Virus record (IMG/VR): IMGVR_UViG_3300020571_000010
Span: 1 to 42,306 of that record
DNA from: a virus
Taxonomy: Duplodnaviria > Caudoviricetes
Length of the DNA: 42,306 nt
Direction: 5' to 3' (one strand)
Below, piece after piece: positions 36,448 to 42,306 of this stretch. Under the pieces are notes generated by a model. That model did not search any database. It worked only from the letters and a program-made list of their open reading frames with translations, and was not told the origin of the DNA. Both the position numbers and the translations under genes were made by a program. Position 1 is the first letter of the stretch; every line of letters starts with the position of its first letter.

Positions 36448-37097
36448 GACACTTTGATCCTTGTCTGACCGTCACGGTATGTGTCGGTGCGTTGTTTGCC
36501 GTCACCCAAGTTCTTGAGCAGCGCAATTGCCTGCATGTACATGTCTTGGTACAGCTTCACCATGTCAGCCTCGCCCTTCATGAAGCGAATGGCCTCTACC
36601 AGTGCGCCGTTGAGCAAAGCAGAATCGAAGTTCTCACCCAGCCACGTCTCACCTGCGGTCACGATGGACTCGGGGTAGTAGTAGTAGTGCAGCTCAGCCG
36701 CGTAAGTGGCGTCCGGTGTGGGTCCCAAGATGAACGTCAGCTCATTCACGTCGTTCGACTGAGGGCCGAAGATGGCGTAGTGCTTGGGCTTGCCGGTAGT
36801 AGCCGGATTGGGGTACGCCTGACGGATGAAGTTCACGTCCTTGTCCAGCAGGAACTCGTAGTTCCCGCCTGCAGCCGGGTAGATGGCCAACGAGTACACC
36901 GACAGGAAATCATTCGGCGCGGCCAGATACTTGTTGTTCGCAGTCAACGTGCCAGTGACGTTCTTGCGCAAGTTGGCCAACTGCACCGTGTTATAGATTT
37001 TCTGCTCCGCCTGCTGGGCGAACATGGCGTACTGCTCCTCTGTGAACTCGTTTTCACAGATGTCAGCAATGTTGATCTTCAGCTCGGCGTAGTTCAT
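36444..37097 (-). CDS. head-tail adaptor / tubular protein A-like
   Basis: MNYAEL..I, QAEQKI, G.PK.YA, GPTPD..Y, LL.G.L.EA..FMK. Confidence 0.65.
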   Translation of the reverse strand: MNYAELKINIADICENEFTEEQYAMFAQQAEQKIYNTVQLANLRKNVTGTLTANNKYLAAPNDFLSVYSLAIYPAAGGNYEFLLDKDVNFIRQAYPNPATTGKPKHYAIFGPQSNDVNELTFILGPTPDATYAAELHYYYYPESIVTAGETWLGENFDSALLNGALVEAIRFMKGEADMVKLYQDMYMQAIALLKNLGDGKQRTDTYRDGQTRIKVS

Positions 37098-37100
37098 GCT

Positions 37101-37373
37101 TTATGCCATTGGGCCTCGGGCCATGGTGCCCTTCGTGGCGCAGCCAGTACCACGGATTTTGATGCCGGTGGTCTTGACGTTATCCGCGCCGGGGTCGTTG
37201 GTGCTCACGCGGGGCGTGGCTGTGTACCGCGTCATCTTGTTCGCGGCCAAGGTGTTGGGGTCTTTCATGACCTTCATGCCCGCGCCGGGCTTGCCGTCCA
37301 TGGTGTGCGGCTTGGCGTAGACGGCAGCGTTGCCGACTTCCTTGCCCATCACTTTTTGACTGAATTTGGCCAT
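37101..37373 (-). CDS. small basic protein
   Basis: GAGG SD; ends RGTGCATKGTMARGPMA. Confidence 0.7.
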   Translation of the reverse strand: MAKFSQKVMGKEVGNAAVYAKPHTMDGKPGAGMKVMKDPNTLAANKMTRYTATPRVSTNDPGADNVKTTGIKIRGTGCATKGTMARGPMA

Positions 37374-37375
37374 GA

Positions 37376-37570
37376 TTAACCTCGCTTTTGTGCTGCGACC
37401 TTAGCCAAACCACGGCCCATGGTCTTCATGTCGATGTTGCGCTTGCCACCGCCGCTTTTGCCGGGGCTTCCACCCCTCATCTCTTTGGCTGTGGGGCCGC
37501 TGTCGCCCAAGTTTTTACCTTCGGTTTTGCCTTTTTTGGCGATGCCGTCAGCAGATCGTGTGAATGCCAT
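37376..37570 (-). CDS. small basic protein
   Basis: AAGGAG SD; ADGIAKKGKTEG. Confidence 0.7.
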   Translation of the reverse strand: MAFTRSADGIAKKGKTEGKNLGDSGPTAKEMRGGSPGKSGGGKRNIDMKTMGRGLAKVAAQKRG

Positions 37571-37580
37571 GAGTAACTCC

Positions 37581-37970
37581 TTAAGATACCGATATTGTCA
37601 CTGTGCCGATCTGCACAGTCAACGCCAATGTGTTGGGTGTCAAGAGCGTATCAAACGACCTTGATCCACCCACCGGGTTCCATCCCCACTGAATGTCCCG
37701 AGAGCCGCCAGACAGGTTGCCGTCGTCATTCAGGCCAGATGTCACGTAGGTGGTGTCCCTGCGTGGGTTTCTCAGCGCCTGCGGGTCATCCACAGGGAAC
37801 GTGCCAAGCATCAACTGAGGCTGATCAGGGTCCCAGCATGCCGGGCACACCAGCAACTCGTACTTGCGCTGCTTGATGATCTCAGTTTTGAGCTTCTTGA
37901 GCTTGAACTGCTGCCCGCAGCGATCGCACATGGCAATTGCTTTATGGCCGGCTGCGAACCGATTCCCCAT
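37581..37970 (-). CDS. CxxC zinc-ribbon protein
   Basis: CDRCG...VCPACWDPDQPQ. Confidence 0.75.
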   Translation of the reverse strand: MGNRFAAGHKAIAMCDRCGQQFKLKKLKTEIIKQRKYELLVCPACWDPDQPQLMLGTFPVDDPQALRNPRRDTTYVTSGLNDDGNLSGGSRDIQWGWNPVGGSRSFDTLLTPNTLALTVQIGTVTISVS

Positions 37971-38665
37971 CAGTAGCTCCCAATCCGGGCCGCGCGCGGC
38001 ACAAATCGTACAGCTGCTTTCTCCCGGTCCTCAGAGGAGGCCAAATCCCATGCTTCGTCGTACTGCTGCTTGAGGATGCCCAAGCGCTCCATGCCGCCGG
38101 GAATCTTCAGGGCAAGGTGATACGCCAAACCGGCCGTCATGGCTTCGTAGAAACGGAACGGCATATCCATGGTGTTCACACCCGTGCCAGCGTCCTGCAT
38201 GCGGCGCAAGCGCCAGTACACGAACACGTAGGGCTGGGAGTTGTCGGGCACCGGCCACACTGTGAAGCGGGGGGTGTCCAGCCGCTCAATCCAGACCTGA
38301 ATGGGCCGGGCCTGCTGCAGCTTGTTGGGGATGGTGGCGTAGGTGGAGACGCTGATCCGGGTGATGGTCAGGTCGGCCTGCGTCGACGCGCTACCCGCGC
38401 CCGTGCGGATCACATGCTCCAGCAAGTCCACGGTGTCAGCCGGGAGGTTGTATGTCGCTTGGCCGGGGATCAAATTGATCATGCCCTGCTCATACGTGAA
38501 CATGTTCAGGCCCTTGTTGGCCCACTGCGAGAACATCAGGTTTAGCGACCGGCTGGCGGTACGCAGGTCATAGCCCGTGCGCAGCTCGCCACCGGCGCGT
38601 TCGAAGGCCTCCTCCACGATCTCCGTGAGGTCCATGTTGAACGCTGTGGTGCCTGATGTGGTCAT
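37970..38665 (-). CDS. head-tail connector/adaptor-like protein
   Basis: EIVEEAFERAG, RSLNL..W.N.G.N, WPVPD, P.RF.EA..AGLAY. Confidence 0.65.
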   Translation of the reverse strand: MTTSGTTAFNMDLTEIVEEAFERAGGELRTGYDLRTASRSLNLMFSQWANKGLNMFTYEQGMINLIPGQATYNLPADTVDLLEHVIRTGAGSASTQADLTITRISVSTYATIPNKLQQARPIQVWIERLDTPRFTVWPVPDNSQPYVFVYWRLRRMQDAGTGVNTMDMPFRFYEAMTAGLAYHLALKIPGGMERLGILKQQYDEAWDLASSEDREKAAVRFVPRAARIGSY

Positions 38666-38895
38666 CGGAAGCTCGCTGTCTTTTTGGCGATGGTCTTGGG
38701 CTGGGCCACAAACTGTTTGCCCGCCGCCTTACCAGCACGCTTGGCTTTTGTGGTGGCCGCATACTCTGCGGGGCTAAGCGATTTTATCGCCTTCTCCGGC
38801 AAATAGCGCTCACCTGTTTTTGACGACGGCTTTCCGCTCTTGGTGCGCCACTTCTGGTCGCCCCAGTCTTTGAGGGATTGCTGGGGCGCTTTCAT
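38662..38895 (-). CDS. DUF5872-like protein, C-terminal half
   Basis: QQSLKDW..QKW.T, RYLP.KA..LSP.E...T...K...G.QFV. Confidence 0.65.
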   Translation of the reverse strand: MKAPQQSLKDWGDQKWRTKSGKPSSKTGERYLPEKAIKSLSPAEYAATTKAKRAGKAAGKQFVAQPKTIAKKTASFR

Positions 38896-38896
38896 A

Positions 38897-39172
38897 TCAG
38901 TCCCTGTACCCGCCGCCAGCGGCCTTGTACTTCTTGGCCACAAGCTGGGCCTTGCGGGCCGACCACTGGCCTGCCCCGGTGCCCTGCGTTGCGGCCGACT
39001 TAACTTGGCTCACGATCCGCTTGCGCAGCTCGGGCTTGGTGTAGTTGCCAGCCGCGTTGACTTTGCCGCCCTCAGCGTACTGCGTGAAGTCGGTGTCATC
39101 CCGGCGAGCTTTACGCTTGCCAGAAGGCATCTTGGAAGGGGAGATGGCCCCCATGCCGCGACTGGCTCTCAT
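38897..39172 (-). CDS. DUF5872-like protein, N-terminal half
   Basis: YTKPELRKRI..GQWSARKAQL..YKAAGGGY. Confidence 0.65.
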   Translation of the reverse strand: MRASRGMGAISPSKMPSGKRKARRDDTDFTQYAEGGKVNAAGNYTKPELRKRIVSQVKSAATQGTGAGQWSARKAQLVAKKYKAAGGGYRD

Positions 39173-39173
39173 A

Positions 39174-39389
39174 TCAGCAAGTCCTGCCGCCCATGGCCAT
39201 CTTGACCATCGTGCCCTTGGTGTGGCCCTTGGTCACACAACCATCAGCACGAGTCACGCTGCCGCCCTTGGCCTTTTTGACCATGGGTGCAGGAGGCGTC
39301 TTGCTGGCTGCGTTGTAGGCTTTTTCAGCGGCTTCGGCAGCCTTCTTGTCCGCCATCATCTGGCGAGCTTCTTTTTCTGCTGGACTCAT
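39174..39389 (-). CDS. small basic protein
   Basis: AGGAGA SD; KAKGGSV, RADGCVTKGHTKG, MAMGGRTC. Confidence 0.7.
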   Translation of the reverse strand: MSPAEKEARQMMADKKAAEAAEKAYNAASKTPPAPMVKKAKGGSVTRADGCVTKGHTKGTMVKMAMGGRTC

Positions 39390-39399
39390 GTTGATCTCC

Positions 39400-39750
39400 T
39401 TAGCAGGTTTTGCCGCCGCTCATCATTTTGACCATCTTGCCCTTGGTCTTACCCTTGGATGCAAGACCGTCACGGCTGGGGGAGGCAGTGCGAACTGCGC
39501 CCATCTTGGTTGTGCCAACAGAGCCCCCGGCCTTCAGGCCTTTGTGAGCCTTGGAAGCTGGTTTACCTGCGTGCTCTTTGAGTTTCATCATTGCGTCTTT
39601 CATATCGCCACCTTTAGAAAATTTGCGGCCCTTGTCCGCGTTGGAGAACTCTTTGCCCACTGACTGTGGGACGCCTGTTTTCTTCGCAAACTCCGGGCTG
39701 TGCGCTACCGCACGCATGAAGTCAGCTTGCTTTTTACTGCTGGACGGCAT
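39400..39750 (-). CDS. small basic protein
   Basis: ATG 39750 after GGAG; MPSSSKKQ..FM.AVAH.P.FAKK.GVPQSVG.EF. Confidence 0.7.
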   Translation of the reverse strand: MPSSSKKQADFMRAVAHSPEFAKKTGVPQSVGKEFSNADKGRKFSKGGDMKDAMMKLKEHAGKPASKAHKGLKAGGSVGTTKMGAVRTASPSRDGLASKGKTKGKMVKMMSGGKTC

Positions 39751-39979
39751 TGCTGCTCCGCAGATTGTCAATTTTGCGCTCCAGCCGGTCAAACCGGTCA
39801 ATCAACTGTTGCATGTCGGCCCGGAACTCCGAGCGCGTGATGTGATCCCGTGCCACTTCCTCGCGGGTGCGGTTGAGCAGGATGCCAAGACGGTTGATCT
39901 CGGCAAACTTTTCTTTCAGGATGAACCCGAGCATGGCCACAATTGCGGTGAGCACGAGGTTCCAGACCATCATTTCCAT
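39734..39979 (-). CDS. N-terminal TM plus coiled-coil protein
   Basis: VWNLVLTAIVAMLGFIL followed by heptads. Confidence 0.7.
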   Translation of the reverse strand: MEMMVWNLVLTAIVAMLGFILKEKFAEINRLGILLNRTREEVARDHITRSEFRADMQQLIDRFDRLERKIDNLRSSNAVQQ

Positions 39980-39980
39980 A

Positions 39981-40235
39981 TCAGCACTTCCATCGCGCCA
40001 GTGACGCGGCTTTGCGAGTGGGCTTGCCCTTCTCGTCTTTCATTGGGCCGGGCATACCTGACATGCGTGCGCAGAACGAATCCTTGCGCTTGCCACCCTG
40101 CGGTTGCGGGGCTTTGAGGTTGCTGCCGGTGGCGGCGTTGTACTTGGCGCGGCCTTTGGCTGTCAGCCCAGCACCCTTGGATGCAGGCAACTTCTCGCCA
40201 CGACCGATTGCAAGGGATGGGGTCTTCTTAGCCAT
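39981..40235 (-). CDS. DUF6321-like small basic protein
   Basis: GLTAKGR..YN..TGSNLKAP, R..SFCARM, RWKC. Confidence 0.7.
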   Translation of the reverse strand: MAKKTPSLAIGRGEKLPASKGAGLTAKGRAKYNAATGSNLKAPQPQGGKRKDSFCARMSGMPGPMKDEKGKPTRKAASLARWKC

Positions 40236-40977
40236 TGACGACTTTCAGTTTGGGTGTGCAGTGCTGCTCGATTAGTGGCATCAGCACGGCCTCTTTGAAG
40301 CTGCGGTGGTATTCCTGAGAGCCAACGTGCGGCAGGGTGATCTCTGGGTCAATGAAGACCGTGAAACCGTCCGCCCGGGCACGCTTGCAGAACGTGTAGT
40401 CCTCGCCAACGTACTGGCCATTGGTCAACTCAAAGTCAAACAGGGCGCTCTCGTTGCGGTTGTACACATCGTTGAAGTAGGTCCACTCGGGGTGGTTGGC
40501 CACCATCTTCTCCAGCACATGGCGCTGAATCATCATGAAGCCCGTGGCCACGTTCTCAACGCGCAGCATGCCGTGCGGGTCAAACTCAAGCGTGTTGGCC
40601 TCGTCGATGTAGATGTCCAAGAAGAACTTGCGGTCCTCGGCTCGGCGGGTGTACATCCCAGCGGTGATGTCCTTGCCGGTGCTCAGCGCCAGCAGGCGAA
40701 GCACAGACTCGGCGTCCACCACGATGTCGGCATCGACAAACAGAAAGTCCGTGCAGTCCGACTCCAAGAAGTTGGCGACCAGAATGTTTCTGGCCTTGGT
40801 GATAAGAGAGCAGCCCGACAGGTGCGACAGTTGCACTTGGACACCAAACTGCGAAGCCTTGACCACCAAATCGGCCAAAGCAAACGAAGTTTTGATGTTC
40901 AACTTGCCGTCGTAGGCAGGGATCGCAATCATCAATTTGCGACCTGCAACATCCATGGGGCGTATCTCTTCAGCCAT
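40228..40977 (-). CDS. GT-A fold (GT2-like) glycosyltransferase
   Basis: IAIPAY, ARN, FVDAD (DxD), TGFM.I.R, GEDY.FC, L.H.G. Confidence 0.85.
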   Translation of the reverse strand: MAEEIRPMDVAGRKLMIAIPAYDGKLNIKTSFALADLVVKASQFGVQVQLSHLSGCSLITKARNILVANFLESDCTDFLFVDADIVVDAESVLRLLALSTGKDITAGMYTRRAEDRKFFLDIYIDEANTLEFDPHGMLRVENVATGFMMIQRHVLEKMVANHPEWTYFNDVYNRNESALFDFELTNGQYVGEDYTFCKRARADGFTVFIDPEITLPHVGSQEYHRSFKEAVLMPLIEQHCTPKLKVVNG

Positions 40978-41251
40978 AGAACACCGTGATCTTGGAAGTT
41001 GCCGGAATTGTTACATGGACGTCTGTCTGAAACAAAATCCCTTGACCGGGGATTGGCAAACTGATTGGCTGAGTTCCAGTTCCAATATTGAACTGCAACA
41101 GTATGGTTCCGCCTGATCCGCCATCACGAAAAATAACATCCCCGGCGGTTCCGCCAGAAATGCAATGGTAGGCTTTGACGCGAGTACGATAAGCCACCAC
41201 GGTAGCCGTGGCTTCGGTGTGTACCGCTTTTACGTCTGTCTGCATCGACAT
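40970..41251 (-). CDS. small beta-rich structural protein
   Basis: AGGAG SD before ATG 41251; IPGQGILF..V.V, TVFYG. Confidence 0.7.
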   Translation of the reverse strand: MSMQTDVKAVHTEATATVVAYRTRVKAYHCISGGTAGDVIFRDGGSGGTILLQFNIGTGTQPISLPIPGQGILFQTDVHVTIPATSKITVFYG

Positions 41252-41265
41252 AATCAATCTCCTTT

Positions 41266-41286
41266 AAAACAGGGGCCAAAGCCCCT
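41266..41286 (-). terminator. weak terminator/attenuator hairpin
   Basis: aggggc-tttg-gcccct then GTTTT on - strand. Confidence 0.45.
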
Positions 41287-41294
41287 TGGGTTGA

Positions 41295-41813
41295 TTACGC
41301 AGTGCGTGTAAACGCATACGCTGTGGCGCTGGAGAACATGATGGTGAATCGTGCCAAACCAGTAACACCAGAGGCAACCGTCAGGTCGCCAAAAGAACCT
41401 GCGGTGTCCACGGCGGCAGAAGACAGAACGCCGTTGGTGGCCACAGCAATGGTCACTGTGCTTGCGCCAGCAGTGTTGTCAATGTACAGGTCCATCACAG
41501 TGCCACGAACTGCACCCAAGGCCGCGCCGAGCAAAGTGCCAGTGGGCAGCGTGATGGTTGTGGCGGCTGCCGAGGTGGAGGTGATGTAACCGGTAACAAC
41601 TTCTGCCGCTGTGGCTGTTGCAGTGGCGTTGATTGCTGCGGTTGTTGGGTGGTTTTGATCAGTGAACACCAAATTGGTGGTCGTCAGATCGGTTACGCTG
41701 GTGGTCGCGCCAAAAGTGGCATCGACGGTAACCGCACCAGTGGTTGCGCTGACGGAGACGTCTTGAAAGCCGTTCTCGGAACGAACTGGGCCCGAAAAAG
41801 TCGTATTGCTCAT
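41295..41813 (-). CDS. putative capsid decoration/cement protein
   Basis: immediately after capsid gene; TTFSGPVRS.NGF start; Thr/Ala-rich beta. Confidence 0.6.
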   Translation of the reverse strand: MSNTTFSGPVRSENGFQDVSVSATTGAVTVDATFGATTSVTDLTTTNLVFTDQNHPTTAAINATATATAAEVVTGYITSTSAAATTITLPTGTLLGAALGAVRGTVMDLYIDNTAGASTVTIAVATNGVLSSAAVDTAGSFGDLTVASGVTGLARFTIMFSSATAYAFTRTA

Positions 41814-41900
41814 GATGATTCCTCACATGCGAGTTGAGGTGCATCTGTCTGCATGTCGTCGGCCCGGAGCCGTCAGATACACCGGATAGTCCGGGGTTGA
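41814..41900 (-). ncRNA. candidate structured leader RNA (pseudoknots)
   Basis: several nested and crossing complementary segments ending at the SD. Confidence 0.45.
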
Positions 41901-41903
41901 GGC

Positions 41904-41932
41904 AATATACCCCAAAAGAAAAGGCCCCACAA
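41904..41932 (-). promoter_or_regulatory. putative sigma70 promoter overlapping terminator
   Basis: TTGTGG, 17-nt spacer, TATATT. Confidence 0.45.
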
Positions 41933-41942
41933 GGGGGCCTTC
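41914..41942 (-). terminator. intrinsic terminator after major capsid gene
   Basis: aaaggccccc-ttgt-ggggcctttt followed by ctttt. Confidence 0.8.
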
Positions 41943-41960
41943 TCAAATAATCCCGAAGGA

Positions 41961-42306
41961 TTAAGCGCCGGGGGAACCGTAAACACCAAGTGGGTCAGAA
42001 ACACCAAAGCTGTAACGCTCGCGTGCTTTGTATCTCACGTTGCCCGTATCGAAATCCCCGTCCATGGAATTCGCCAAAGGCGAGCGGACGAAGTGCTTCA
42101 GGCCGTTGGGCACATCAGTCAACAGGAACCAAGCGTTGGTGTCGGTCAAGAAGTTGTTGATCGTGTAACCACCGGGGATGGAGCCGTTGTTCTTGATGGC
42201 GTTGATGTCGTTGTCAGCGGTGCCGACGCGGAGTTCAGTTTCCAACAAGCGGGTTGCAACGAATTGCAGTGCAGGTGGAACCACCAGTTTCTTGGGCTTG
42301 GCTGCG
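41961..42306 (-). CDS. major capsid protein, 3' part (runs off window)
   Basis: L.VPP.L.F.A.RLL, NNFLTD.NAWFL.TD.PNGLKHF.R, GDFDTGNVRYKARERYSFG.SDP. Confidence 0.9.
   Translation of the reverse strand, partial: AAKPKKLVVPPALQFVATRLLETELRVGTADNDINAIKNNGSIPGGYTINNFLTDTNAWFLLTDVPNGLKHFVRSPLANSMDGDFDTGNVRYKARERYSFGVSDPLGVYGSPGA

Noticed and set aside
37101-40977. Glycocin/RiPP cluster (GG motifs, terminal Cys, GT2)
   Set aside because: No peptidase-ABC transporter or immunity gene, cores after GG would be only 3 aa, and the context is a virion operon.
41850-41885. Hammerhead ribozyme (CUGACGG...GAC on - strand)
   Set aside because: Lacks the CUGAnGA and GAAA core; retained only as an unclassified structured leader.

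Overview
This window is most of a GC-rich tailed-phage genome (Caudoviricetes, podovirus-like), organised as two convergent arms. The + arm (41-11515) is a replication module: DUF3310, VRR-NUC, family A DNA polymerase (Leu762 type), Cas4/AddB-like nuclease, HNH, SNF2 helicase, putative SSB, Cro-like HTH and a primase/DUF927 helicase. The - arm (42306 to 11509) is the late module: 3' end of the major capsid gene, a probable decoration protein, a GT-A glycosyltransferase, a cluster of small basic proteins, adaptors, tail fibres and adhesin, cupin, 2OG-Fe(II) oxygenase, a six-gene lysis/membrane cassette, a tail hub protein and four probable ejection proteins. I saw no terminase, portal, integrase, tRNA or CRISPR array; the window ends inside the capsid gene. 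The strongest leads are: (1) about seven beta-clamp-binding-like motifs in the giant ejection protein; (2) a T4 gpT-like holin beside a second holin, a lipoprotein and an unannotated 32-aa membrane microprotein; (3) two short motifs shared among the small basic late proteins, one also in the ejection proteins; (4) a candidate anti-RBS sRNA; (5) a pseudoknotted leader RNA behind a terminator that overlaps a promoter. All family calls come from reading motifs by eye, with no database search.
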